A stretch of DNA of 64,000 nt from the human T2T-CHM13v2.0 reference genome, Homo sapiens. Shown piece by piece: positions 23,021-45,772 of the stretch; the first letter of the stretch is position 1, and every line of letters starts with the position of its first letter. A program made the translations under genes and the position numbers. The DNA lies in NCBI RefSeq assembly GCF_009914755.1, contig NC_060935.1, one strand, 5' to 3'. The notes below the pieces were generated by a model, which was not told the origin of the DNA, ran no database searches, and saw nothing but the letters and a program-made list of their open reading frames with translations.

Positions 23021-23276
23021 CTGAGAAAGGAAAAGAAAAAGGAGTGAAGGTTTATGGGTTTTTGGCAGCATGACCCACCGTGACCCCCTTTTAAATGCGA
23101 CACATCTTAGCTCGATATTATAAATTGGTTTAATTTTCCCATAGTAAATCTTCCAGAACATATTAAATGGGCAAAACCCTAAGCCCTAAGAAAACAGGCA
23201 AACCACTCTGCTCCCCCAAGCCAACAGAATGGCTCTCACAGCCCAGAGTGAGGAGCAGAAGGAGAGCTGCACTCAC

Positions 23277-23350
23277 CCCTCTGTTTCCAGGCTGCCCCCA
23301 GTACTGCTGCCCGTAGGCCCGGTTGTCGTAGCCTCGGCGCTGCCCGCCCA
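23277..23350 (-). CDS. HNRNPUL2: hnRNPUL2 exon 12
   Basis: GGQRRGYDNRAYGQQYWGQPGNRG; CAG|TG acceptor, GGG|GTGAGT donor; 74 nt. Confidence 0.95.
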
Positions 23351-24401
23351 CTGGAAGAGAAATGGAGAGCGCGCTCAGACAGCTGGCATGGGGTCCTGGC
23401 TCCACATCTGGGTGGAAATCAAAAACTTGGAGCCAAAGGCAATTCTGGGGGAATATGAGGCCTGCTTCGGCCAGGCTCACACATGTTAATTAAAGCACCA
23501 GCCAGGAACTTTTAAAAAGTCTGAGGGGGGAGGGCAGAGGAACAGAGACACAAGAAAACCAAGCCACTTTGTTTTTGAAGCTCCCCAATTCCTGCAAAAC
23601 ATTTAAGATGGCAAAAGGATACATGGCAGAGTTAGAAACATAAGGAAAAACTGCCATTCATAGAATCAGACTTTCAGCCCTGGAAGGGATTTCAGATATC
23701 GTATAACCCATACCTATCATTTTATGCAAAAGAAACAAAGTCTCTGTAATCAGCTCCTCAAGGGCGGGAACTGTCAGCATTTACAGTACCTAGCACATAG
23801 CAGGCACTCGGAAATTCTGCTGACTTAACAGTTACACACACACATACACACACATTTTTAAAGAGCAGTGAATGCACACTGGGGTTTTAACTGACAAACT
23901 AGACATTCAGGGGGAAAATTAATTCTACTAATAGCCTAACTTGCTTGGTTAAGTTCTTCCCCCCACAAAAAACACTGAATAAAGCATTCGCTTTCTTGTT
24001 AATCGAAATGACACAGAAGCAAGAAAACTGAAGATGAGAATTTGATTTCACTGCACAAATCCTTCAGATAAGACAGGAACAGTGACACTGGGAACCCATA
24101 TGTTAAAATGAAAACTAGATAGATGAGAAAGCCCAAGCATTGCTTTTCAAAGAAACAAATACTTTTGTGAAAAGTAACTCTTTTTTAAAAAAGAGGATTT
24201 TTGTTGTTGTTGAAGAATTATGGAAAAAGCACAAGAAAAAGGCAGGGATAAAGAACACAGGAAGAAATAAGCTCCATGAAGAAGGCACTTCCGTATTGTT
24301 AATGACCTGACTTGGTTTCCTTGGCCTTCCCTTGCACATCTTGCTGTACTAAGCACAAAGAATGGACTGAAGTAGGGGGCTGGCAGGTCCCCAAGACTCA
24401 C

Positions 24402-24602
24402 CATAGCCTTGGCCCCGGCTTCGGTTCTGCCGGTTACGCTTGTTTCGGTTGTTTCGGCGATTTGTCCGCTTCTCGGAGGGGGGCAGAAGCTTCCTTGCCT
24501 CCTCCTTGTACTTAGTGACAATGGGCTGAGCTTCCTCCTTCTCCAGCTCCCCATATGTCACCTCATCCATATAGTCGCATTTTTCAGGCAAAGAGAAGTT
24601 GG
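24402..24602 (-). CDS. HNRNPUL2: hnRNPUL2 exon 11
   Basis: NFSLPEKCDYMDEV...RGQGY; TAG|CC acceptor, G|GTGAGT donor; 201 nt. Confidence 0.95.
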
Positions 24603-24856
24603 CTATAAGAGTAAGAGAGAAGCTTGTGGGCCTGAAAAGTGCATAGATGGGTAAGAACTCATTATGAAAACTCTACAAGAAGCATATGACTTTCTATGCC
24701 TCATCTATTACTGCACAAAAATGTGCTACGTTTATACCCACTCGCATCTAAATAATGACATTAACTTTTTCTACTCTAAGTTTTCCCTAAATTGTAACAG
24801 ACCCAGGCAAAGGGCTATGTAGATTTACAAGTTCTTAAGTGATCTATAATAAATTA

Positions 24857-26890
<2,034 letters not shown>

Positions 26891-27075
26891 AAACAATGAG
26901 TCAAAATTATTGCTTCTCTCTGTTCATTCATTTATCTACAAGTGCTCACGACCATTAAGTTCCTCTTCAGATTTACATTTTAGATGTAGAGTGTCACTCC
27001 AGTTGCTAAGAGACCTCAATAAGGTGTGCACTGACCAGGGATAAGATCTCTTTAACTTGTACAATTTTAGCCCAC

Positions 27076-27432
27076 TGCTATGGTTTGAGTTATGTCCCAC
27101 CAAAGTACAAGTGTTGAATACTTAATCCCCAATGAGCAGTATTGAGAGGGTGGGACTTTTAATGTGATTTGGTCATGAGGATTCCATCCTCATGAATAGA
27201 TTAATGCCATTATTGTGAAAGTGGCTTTGTTATAAAAGCAAGTTCTCTCACATGTGCCCTCTTGCCTTTTGCCCTCCTGACATGGAATGATGCAGCAAGA
27301 AGGAGCTCACCAGATGCTAATGCTATGCTCTTGGACTTCCTAGCCTCCAGAATGAGGGAAATAAACCTCTATTACTTACAAATTATGAAGTCTATGGTAT
27401 TCTGTTATAGCAGCAGAAAATGGACTAAGACA
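27076..27432 (+). mobile_element. ERVL-MaLR solo LTR (MST-type)
   Basis: TG...CA termini (TGCTATGGTTTGA ... GGACTAAGACA); internal AATAAA at 27360; 5-bp TSD CCCAC on both sides. Confidence 0.88.
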
Positions 27433-27437
27433 CCCAC

Positions 27438-27606
27438 CTTTCATCTCCAGCATTATAGATTCAGGCACATCATCTCCCTCTACTTCCTTCCTCAACTCCA
27501 GCCTCTTCTTCCAATCTTCCTCATTAGGGACAACCACCACCACTTTCCGAGAGAAGGTCTTGAACAGCAATAGCTTCCGCCGTTGGCCAGAATTGTACAC
27601 ATTACA
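27438..27606 (-). CDS. HNRNPUL2: hnRNPUL2 exon 10
   Basis: CNVYNSGQRRK...MLEMK; TAG|TGT acceptor, G|GTGGGT donor; 169 nt. Confidence 0.95.
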
Positions 27607-27678
27607 CTAAGAACAGGAGGAATAACTGATGTTTAGGAAGAAAATTATCACTCAGATTTAACCAAAAGAATCAGTATC

Positions 27679-28300
<622 letters not shown>

Positions 28301-28339
28301 TTAGACACGAGATAAAGGGTCAATACACATGATCTTCTT

Positions 28340-28480
28340 TAACTTTTCAAACTACATGACAGGTATTACCCTGTTTTGCTCATCAGGGAAACTGAGGTTC
28401 AGAAAGGATAAGGGACTTATCCAAGATCACAAACCAGAATGTGGTGGAGCCAGGAATTCAAATGAGTTCCAACTCTTTCC
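28340..28480. mobile_element. MIR fragment
   Basis: GGAAACTGAGGTTCAGA..AAGGGACTTATCCAAGATCACA resembles the MIR core. Confidence 0.6.
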
Positions 28481-28687
28481 ATTGTCTTTATTACATGTTT
28501 TATAGCCTGGGTCCATATATTTTCAAGTAAAAACACTAATTAGGGGTACCTCTGAGTTCAAAAAACATTGCAACCATAACACACAACCAGATGGTCATAA
28601 TTAGGTAAGCTGACTCTGCTCCTTAATTCAGTCTCTCTTTATATACACATCCCACCTTGACTCTAGGCAATTTTATCAGATTAATAC

Positions 28688-28816
28688 CTGATCAAGAATA
28701 AAGTTCCTCTTTGTCCGGGAAGCAATCTGGACCAGCTTACTAAGGCACTGGGAGGCTTGCTGAACTAAAAGGTCTCGGCTTTTGGGGTCCATCTCTGGCT
28801 CCTCGAGACCCTTCAT
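28688..28816 (-). CDS. HNRNPUL2: hnRNPUL2 exon 9
   Basis: [10 protein letters not shown]...NFILDQ (Walker B-like FILD); CAG|ATG acceptor, CAG|GTATTA donor; 129 nt. Confidence 0.95.
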
Positions 28817-29213
28817 CTGATTAGTTTGAGAGGAAGTGGAAAAAAAAAAACAAAACACAAGTTATATTGCAAGTTAAAGCCCAAGAGTTATTGGTAAATG
28901 TCACCTCTTCAAATACTGAATCTATGATATCACTCTATTCCCATTCTTCAGTGCTGTGAATGTTGTCCATTTCCTGCAGTAGTCATTTCTATCTAGTCTT
29001 AACCTGGATGTATTTCAGATCTCATCTGCTTTCAGAAATTTGACAACACAGCAAAGAAAAAAAAAATCAATCCACCTAAAACGCATAGAGAAAAATCTCA
29101 TTTCTCTATTTCTGGGACCCTTGTTCTCAGACACTTGAGACTAATTCTCCATTAAAGATAGGTTATAAGAGTCTCCAAATACTGTATCTGACAAATCCCC
29201 AACAGCAACTTAC

Positions 29214-29336
29214 CCTCATTTGATTGAGCACAGTCTCAGCTCCCAGGACATTGTATCTTTTCTCAGGGTTTTCTTTTGCATATTTCAGTGCCCACTGGGT
29301 CTTTCCAGATCCGGGTAGTCCCACCATCAGAATCAC
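29214..29336 (-). CDS. HNRNPUL2: hnRNPUL2 exon 8 (P-loop GLPGSGKT)
   Basis: Walker A motif; CAG|GTG acceptor, AGG|GTAAGT donor; 123 nt. Confidence 0.96.
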
Positions 29337-29510
29337 CTGCAAAAAACAGAACCAGAAATATAATGAAAAATAAATGAGGGTCATGTTTATCAAAACCAAT
29401 TTAAGAACATCCTCCCATTCCTGTTTGGTAACGCTCTGAGACCCTGGAGAGCATACGCACCCACCTCTGCAAAGCATACAACCTCAGTGTTCGTATACTG
29501 TTTGGCATAC

Positions 29511-29774
29511 CTCACATTCCTCTATGGTCTTGGGAGGGACTGCAGTGCGTACACGCTCCTCAACAGGCACAGCATGAATGAACACAAACTCTTCTGGTGG
29601 TGGGAAGAAGGGCTCCTCCTTCTGACCGAAGTTTAATTCTACAACACAATTTTTGCAGAGGACATGGGGTAGAAGGGCCCGGTCTGCCAGGGAATCCTTG
29701 CTGATCCAGAATGCCACACCTAGGTCTTCTCCATTCTTGGAGAAGGAAAGTTCTACTTCTTCAGTCTCAAAATT
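29511..29774 (-). CDS. HNRNPUL2: hnRNPUL2 exon 7 (SPRY domain, C-terminal part)
   Basis: [15 protein letters not shown]...IEECE; TAG|AAT acceptor, GAG|GTATGC donor; 264 nt. Confidence 0.95.
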
Positions 29775-29994
29775 CTACAATGACAAGGGACAAGAGCACT
29801 TATTGGCTGACGAGGCTTTGGGTTGATTAAACTTTACAATTTATTCTTTTTTCACACAGACTGCTGCACAAAGTAACTAAGCGAGCCACACACATCACAT
29901 GCATAAAAGCCAGCAGTTGATGGGAAGCACAAGTGAATTCCCAGTGCCCTCTATCCGCTCCTTGTTATAACCCACAACTTTCAGGAGCACTTAC

Positions 29995-30107
29995 AGCAAA
30001 GCAGCCAATAACATCATTCTCCCCAAAAGTCTGGCCAAATTCCTCAAATTGTCCATTTTCTGCCTTGAGTCCTCGTCCATCGAAACCGTAAGAGAATTCA
30101 TCTTCAC
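29995..30107 (-). CDS. HNRNPUL2: hnRNPUL2 exon 6 (SPRY)
   Basis: [12 protein letters not shown]...DVIGCFA; TAG|GT acceptor, GCT|GTAAGT donor; 113 nt. Confidence 0.95.
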
Positions 30108-30206
30108 CTAGAACAGTCAACAAATTAGTTACCTACAACCGGACTTCCCATAGAGTAAGCAATATGGTAGTAAACACTAATGAGGAACTTAAAGAAATAA
30201 CTTTAC

Positions 30207-30297
30207 CAAGCTGTGGACGGGAAAAATCAACAGACCACCCAACTCGAAGGAGAGAGACCTCTGTGCAGCCTTCTTTCATTGGGAGATTCTGGGTTAC
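30207..30297 (-). CDS. HNRNPUL2: hnRNPUL2 exon 5 (SPRY)
   Basis: VTQNLPMKEG...LRVGWS...PQL; CAG|GTA acceptor, G|GTAAAG donor; 91 nt. Confidence 0.95.
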
Positions 30298-30500
30298 CTG
30301 GCCAAGTCAGAAAGGGAACTATTAGATATTGTGACCAACTGAGTAGCAAACTCTGAGTTCGAAGGACAAGATTTTTATACAAACTGAAAACGACATTTAC
30401 CTCAACTCAACATCAGAATAACAATCACTGAACTTAAAGCCACAGGGATCAATTTCTTGGTTACTGAAACTAAGGTTCTTGTTAAAGCACAGTGCTTTTA

Positions 30501-30968
<468 letters not shown>

Positions 30969-30980
30969 TTAATGAGCTAC

Positions 30981-31120
30981 CTTTGCCTCAAAGCAGACTT
31001 TTCCCTTTGTCACTCCGTAAGTACTCCTTGCCCCAGACCAAAGGGTGGGGAACTTCTCTGAGAAAAGTGGCTGCCCTCCATAGCGGTCTTTGCTCACTTG
31101 AAAATGCAGATCCGAGGTAT
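30981..31120 (-). CDS. HNRNPUL2: hnRNPUL2 exon 4 (SPRY)
   Basis: [11 protein letters not shown]...VCFEAK; CAG|AT acceptor, AAG|GTAGCT donor; 140 nt. Confidence 0.95.
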
Positions 31121-31307
31121 CTGTAAAGAAAGAAGCAATCAGTTTACTCCAATGTCCAATACTTGTAAGCCGCCAACAGAGCATAAGTATACCAGTTGTT
31201 GTAGTGGATACAAAGTCTCATAGAATTTATAGGCTATGAAGTTTTAATCTCCAAAATCACTTTTAGGAGATTAGTTAAAAACCACAGTCTGTCTGCCTTA
31301 TACATAC

Positions 31308-31384
31308 ACGTGTCCAGGTTCACAAGAGTTTGATCCTCCTCCTCATCTTTTGCCTCTTCTTCAGGAGGCAGTGGAGACTTTGAG
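31308..31384 (-). CDS. HNRNPUL2: hnRNPUL2 exon 3
   Basis: SKSPLPPEEE...VNLDT; TAG|C acceptor, T|GTATGT donor; 77 nt. Confidence 0.94.
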
Positions 31385-31684
31385 CTATATATGTAAGATA
31401 GAAAAGAAACACAATGTAAACAAAGCCCTCTTCTTTGAGGGGTGTGTGTGTATGACATTATGTCCATTTTAAACTGTCAGTGAATATCAAATCCCAGCAG
31501 ACAGCTTTTTCCAATAAATGAGAAAGGGCAATAGGAGTTTCCATGGTAGATGCAATCTAAAACTCATGCCTATAAAAACCTATTCCATTTTGAATCCACC
31601 CTCCTTCCAGTCTCTCCAGTCAATACCAGGTATACCAAAATCAGAGCAGACACTCCCTTCAACGAAAGGGACTGTTTCCCTCAC

Positions 31685-31820
31685 CGGCTGTGGTAAGCCT
31701 CCTCTCGGAATTCATAGTAAGCTCGGCCATGTTCATCCTTCTCATCCCGCTGTCTCTTTACCCCCCGCCGCTCACCATCTGAGCCTGCTGGTTTTGACTT
31801 TTCACTATCCTGGTCATCTC
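31685..31820 (-). CDS. HNRNPUL2: hnRNPUL2 exon 2
   Basis: DDQDSEKSK...EAYHSR; TAG|GA acceptor, CG|GTGAG donor; 136 nt. Confidence 0.95.
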
Positions 31821-32526
31821 CTACAAAAACGAGGGAAAGAAAATCAGCAGTTTTCATACTGGAGTGTAGAATAAGCTCACAACTAATAGACACTAACAGG
31901 GAATCTGAGAATCTGTCTGATCAAAACAGCCAGGTTATTCCCACTACATTCACATAACATTTTATTTCTAAAGATCAGCTTTCTGTCATTGGCTGTGATT
32001 TAATTTTTTTAAAAAGGGGCATTATGGGCTAATTACAGTCAAGCACTAGATAAAAATTGGACAATTTTTGCATTCTAAATTTATCCACTTAAATCAGGTC
32101 AAACTTGCAGATTTCCCCATCAATATGACATAAAAAATATCCTCTAGGTCTCTAAGAAAACCTCAAAGGTTAATTTAATTTTGACTCTTGTCAGATCTAG
32201 ATTTAAGGTAGGCAGTTAGTACATATTTTGTAACACTTTTCCACACCTTCATGATACAGAGAAGCCTCAATTTCTTTTATTTCCCTTTCCTGCACTGAAA
32301 TACACAGCCATCCATGGCTTTATTCATGTGGCAAATGGACTCAAGTGCATTATACACAGCTGTATTTTTATCAGGGACTTCTACTGAAAGTTGCAAGAGC
32401 AAACCACTAAGTCACAAGAGATCCATAAATAATACCGCATCTAGACTGCACATTTGGGGCAGAAAGGTGTTGTTGTATATTTAGCAACTTCTCTGCAAGA
32501 GGAAAAAACTTGGAGTTTTTCCCTAG

Positions 32527-32892
<366 letters not shown>

Positions 32893-34012
32893 TATCCTTC
32901 AATTATTTTTTTATCTGCTCTTTGGGATATACATAAGTCAAAGGTTATGTAATGGGATTTTTGCTCCGGGACACAGGACAAACAATCTGCAAGTTGCATG
33001 TGATTGTTGTACAATGGGTTCCGATTATACCATGACTCTCCATAGTGGCCTAAAAATATTACTAACAAAAGAACTGAGGCCACCCACTTTATAGTAAGAC
33101 TTATCCTCCCTACTCGGACACACACTGTTATGGATCAGTTCTAACCATCCAATCACTTCAAAAGAAAGGAGAAAGGTCACTAACTCCCTGGGGCGATTCT
33201 ACAACACACCTCTTCCACAAGGTTACTCAACGGACCCAACAGCACCTCAGTCATTACCATTCAGGAACCGAGGGACCTGAAACGTAAAAGACTAGCACCA
33301 GGTGTTCAGCAAATCTACAAATATGCCTATCCACGGACTCAGTGGGACAATTAAAATTTAATCATAATCCAAGCAAGATAAAAACCCTAGCCAAGTAACG
33401 TTAACTAACTCTAAATGAACTAGATTAAGATTTTTCTCTTCACTGGTTAACTATTAAACTCGACACTGTTACACTAGAGGCTCTCCCTTACAGCTCAAAG
33501 AGGAGCAAGGTTGGATTTTCAGATTCTCTGTGGCTCAAGCTCTGGTAACATGCTTTTAATGGAACGGACTTTGACGGACTTCGATTTTTGCTTAACATTT
33601 TTACGGCGAAAAAGTTAGGTCAGGTAGCCCAAAGACCTGACCCTCTAACTGTGGGCCTAGTTCTCCGTGTAATCCCCAATTGCTTAGCACTTTCTCAGCT
33701 AAGAAAAATATAACAAGCACCGTGGGAGACTGTTCCACAGGTAGCTCACAAGTAGTTCGCATGCAAAATCACTCACTGCCATCCACTATCACCAAGGAAC
33801 CAAGTTAGGCAGGAACCTTCCTCCTGCAAAGAGTAGGGCCACGAGAGGCGGCCTAACCCCTCAGAAAGGTGGGTAGAGAATGAAAGGAGTTCCATCAAAT
33901 GGCACTTTGAGGCAAGCGAGAACAAGGACTCGGACCCTGCGGTGCAGGGCGGGGTGCTAGATCAGGGGCGCAGCCGGCAGGTTGGAGCCGGGCTCGGCTG
34001 CCAGCTCCTCAC

Positions 34013-34550
34013 CCTGTTCCTCGGCGGCCTTGTCACCCGGCACCTCGGATCCCGGCGTCTCGTCCCCGCTCCGCTCCTCGGGTTCGTCTTCCTCCCTCTT
34101 GCCGAGGCCCTGCTCTTCGCCACCATTTACCCCGCCTGACCCGGCCGTGGCCTCCGCCGGCTTCTCGGAAGCATCTGGCTCGGCCGCGGCCTCCATGGCT
34201 GCCGCCTCCGGGGGCTCCGGCGGCGGCTGCGCGGCCTGACCCAAGGCTTGAGCAGGGGGTGGCTCCTCGTCCTCGTCCTCAAGCAGCGCCTCCTCGTCCT
34301 CCTCCTCCTCCTCTTCGTCCTCCTCCTCGTCCCCGCCCGGGCCGCCGCCCGACGCGGCCACAGGCCGAGGCTCCGCCTTGCAGGCCCCGCCGGGCCCGGC
34401 CCCGCCGCCGCCGGCCTCGTCCTCGAGCATCTCGGCGTCCAGCGCCTCCTGCAGCCGCTGCGCCAGATCCACCTTGAGGCCGCGCGAGTCCAGGCCCCGC
34501 CGCTGCAGCTCCGACCGCAGCTCGGTCACTTTCAGCCGCTTCACCTCCAT
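34013..34550 (-). CDS. HNRNPUL2: hnRNPUL2 exon 1 (SAP domain and acidic region)
   Basis: ATG at 34550 in GCGATGG context; [23 protein letters not shown] motif; G|GTGAG donor; 538 nt. Confidence 0.96.
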
Positions 34551-36000
34551 CGCCGCCGCCGCCTCCTCCGCCTCCCGCCGCCTCCTCCCCTGCGAACCGT
34601 CGACCGAGTCCGACCGCGCAGGCGCCGCCGCCGCCGCCCGCCTCCGCCTCACGCGCCAGCACTGAGCCCGCGCGAGCGAGCGCACGCACGCAGGAGCGGA
34701 GGCCGCGCACGGTCCCGCTGCGCAGTGTTTGCTTCTCCTTCGTCTCCCCTCCCCCTTTCGGCTCACGGAGCCCAAAACAACGCAGCAGGGAGCTGTTTCC
34801 CCTCCAGGCCCTTGGTTCCCCAGCCGCGGGCAGGCGCGCGCGGAGGACGACGGAGTTCCTCCCGCTTCCTCCCGCCCTCTGGCGCCCCCGGGCCAATCGC
34901 CGCCGGTGCTTTTATCGCGCAGCCGCAGTGGAGTCCAAGACGGGCAAGGCTGGCTGCAGCTCAAGTGCCTCGTAGCACGGAAGCGTGTGCGCGCCGGTCT
35001 TTCAGTACTTCCAGCCGGGGAGTTCTGCGCAGCCGCCCGGAGCTCCCCGATGCCATGCCCCTCCCACCACCCTTACTTCCGTCTGACTTCCATTTGCTGT
35101 GGCGTTTTAGGGGTCGCTAGCCTCTTTTCCCTACTGTCTGTGCTTGCAGCAGTAACGACAAAAAAAAAGTCATTAGAGAATGTGTTGCAACATGTAAGCC
35201 TAGTAGCAATTGTTTTTCTGGCTAGGAAGCAAAAGGGCTCCCCAGAACGAAGAAATACTGTAATCCGGGCCCTCCTTTTTCCTCAACGCCTCAACTTCTA
35301 CCCAGCAACAGAGGCCCTTGAACCCGCCCTTTTTCTCTTATTGGACAACTTGAATCGTCATTTGCCGTTCCGATTGGTCATCCGTGATCGTCCGGATTTT
35401 TCCAATTGGCGAAGCTGCCAGGGGAATTTTTTTTTTTTTTTTTTCCCAGGTTGGTCCGCTGAGGAGGCGGGGTCGTTTCTGCGGGATTATTTTTCCGGAG
35501 CCTCTTCTGATTGGGTGGTGTGGCGCAATGCGCGCGACCCTCAAGATACCAAACTGTACGCATCTCTGACCCTTTCCTCTCCTTGCTCCTGCTGGTAAAC
35601 CGAAGCCCAGGAGACTTCCAGGTTTGGGCATCTGCAGAGGGCGAGGAACTGGTCACGGCGCCGGGTGGGCTTGCAGCTGTGACGCTTATGTGGACACCTC
35701 AGTGTCGCTGGTGGTTCACCTCGGCTTCCCAGTTTATTTATTGACGTCAACAAATAAATGTTGAATAAGGAAGAAGAGTTAGAATTGCTTGAAGCCCTCT
35801 GGAGTTTTAGCACTAGTCCCGCCCACTCCCTTCTACTTCCAGGTCGGGGGGGGGCGGGTCCAATAGAAAGGCGGAAGCCAGTGTCCCAGGCGTTCTCACG
35901 CCCGCAACAATTCCTGAGTAGGGCCTTGCTTGAGTTCTTCGGAAAGTCTCATCCACCCCCACATCGCCTCTTTAGGAAGTCACTTAATGTTGGGCTTCAT
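34551..36000. promoter_or_regulatory. CpG-island bidirectional promoter and 5'UTRs of HNRNPUL2 (-) and TTC9C (+)
   Basis: Head-to-head ATGs 1.7 kb apart; CCAAT boxes (~34893, 35373, 35402, 35510, 35860); ETS CGGAAG/ACTTCCG; GC boxes; full CRE at 35742. Confidence 0.85.
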
Positions 36001-36242
36001 TATTCCCACATCCCTTTCCTTACTACTTGCCTGCACTTCTTGAGAAAAAGACTGCAGAAAGGAGAGGTGGGGCTTTCAGTAGAAACAAGCAAACCGCAGG
36101 TCCCTGTGGGGGGACTCTCCAGGAAGAAGGGTAATTTCCTGCCTCCTTAAATTGGCTGCTACTGTCAGTTATTTTGCTCCCAACCCCAGAGCTTCACTTG
36201 CTCCTTCACTTCCCAGTTCCGCAAGAACCGTGGGCGACAGTT

Positions 36243-36480
36243 ATGGAGAAGCGTCTGCAGGAGGCTCAGCTGTACAAGGAGGAAGGGAACCAGCGCTACC
36301 GGGAAGGGAAGTACCGAGATGCTGTGAGTAGGTACCATCGAGCTCTGCTTCAGCTGCGGGGTCTGGATCCGAGTCTGCCCTCTCCGTTACCTAATCTCGG
36401 ACCTCAGGGCCCGGCCCTCACGCCTGAACAAGAAAACATATTGCATACCACCCAGACAGACTGCTATAACAATCTAGCTG
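36243..36480 (+). CDS. TTC9C: Tetratricopeptide repeat protein 9C, coding exon 1
   Basis: MEKRLQEAQLYKEEGNQRYREGKYRDAVSRYHRAL TPR helix; G|GTAAGA donor; 238 nt. Confidence 0.95.
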
Positions 36481-36650
36481 GTAAGAACGGGGCTAAAGGG
36501 TGGCTAGAGAGCATTAAGACAGGAACATGAACATCTGTGAACATTGGGGGAAAAAACGCTGACTTTTTTTTTTTTTTACTGTCATCCATTTATTCTGCCA
36601 TGAATTGGAATAACCTGTCAATCTGTGCGGCTGTAATTAAGTTGCCATAG

Positions 36651-37295
<645 letters not shown>

Positions 37296-37389
37296 TTGTT
37301 GATAGCTTTAGGTAATTTTGCATGCTATAGGGAAAAACTATACTTAAGGTCAGGCCATTGTTTATTTAAGGGACATTTAATATTTGTGA

Positions 37390-42624
<5,235 letters not shown>

Positions 42625-42729
42625 TAGAAGAGTGTCTGGCATATGGGAGACACTTTAGCATTTGTTGACTGAATGTTGTTACCACCCTGTTCAGTACTGT
42701 CTTGAGCTGGCCAGTGGAACCTGGTGTAA

Positions 42730-42972
<243 letters not shown>

Positions 42973-43199
42973 TGAAATGGTAAAGACAAAATTGTCTTGC
43001 TGGGGTGGATCTGTGGAAAGGGGGTTTTATTTTACTTTGCCAATGTATTATTTTCAATAAGTAATACATTCACATGGTTGAGAATTCGAACTGAAAAAGT
43101 ATACGATGAACAGACCTTTTTCCACTCTTGTGTTCTTGTCTCCACAGAAAAGCAGTATTATTAGTTTCATGTGTAGGGGGTTGATGCTTAATCAGACAT

Positions 43200-43340
43200 A
43201 CACAATATATATGTTGGTATGTCTGTTTCATATATGTATGTATGCCTATTCTAATATATAAATATATGTATATCAACGTGCTTTTATTTATAAATATACA
43301 GTGTATATATTTATACATATACATGAATATATATATAAAA
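43200..43340. repeat. Degenerate (TA)-rich low-complexity tract
   Basis: Interrupted TATA/TATG runs. Confidence 0.7.
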
Positions 43341-43346
43341 TAGGCA

Positions 43347-45470
<2,124 letters not shown>

Positions 45471-45677
45471 TTAGCAGCCGGGACAGAGATTGTTTTTTTT
45501 CAATTCCAAATGTTATTAATTAATGAGATTTACTATTGCATAGAATGGTTGCGATATATTCAGATCTTGGAGAGATTTTAAAATGGGAGCATGTTAACAT
45601 TCTCTCCTGCCACAAGGTATGATTATGGTCTTAACTGACTCTAACTGTTTCTAATTGCTTCTCCATCATCTTCCAAG

Positions 45678-45772
45678 ATGCCAACGTCCGGCGGTACCTC
45701 CAGCTGACACAGTCAGAACTCAGCAGCTACCATAGAAAAGAGAAGCAGCTCTACCTGGGCATGTTTGGTTAA
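45678..45772 (+). CDS. TTC9C: TTC9C coding exon 3 (DANVRRYL...YLGMFG*)
   Basis: AAG|AT acceptor; TAA at 45770-45772; total 516 nt = 171 aa + stop. Confidence 0.93.

Noticed and set aside
34551-34640. Short GCC/CGG runs in the HNRNPUL2 5'UTR
   Set aside because: Only about 4-5 uninterrupted units, ordinary for CpG-island 5'UTRs.
33942-35598. Long overlapping ORFs (290, 289, 205 aa) and the 138-codon open frame upstream of the HNRNPUL2 ATG
   Set aside because: Stop-codon scarcity is expected in a GC-rich CpG island; several use non-ATG starts or are antisense to exon 1, and none shows a domain.
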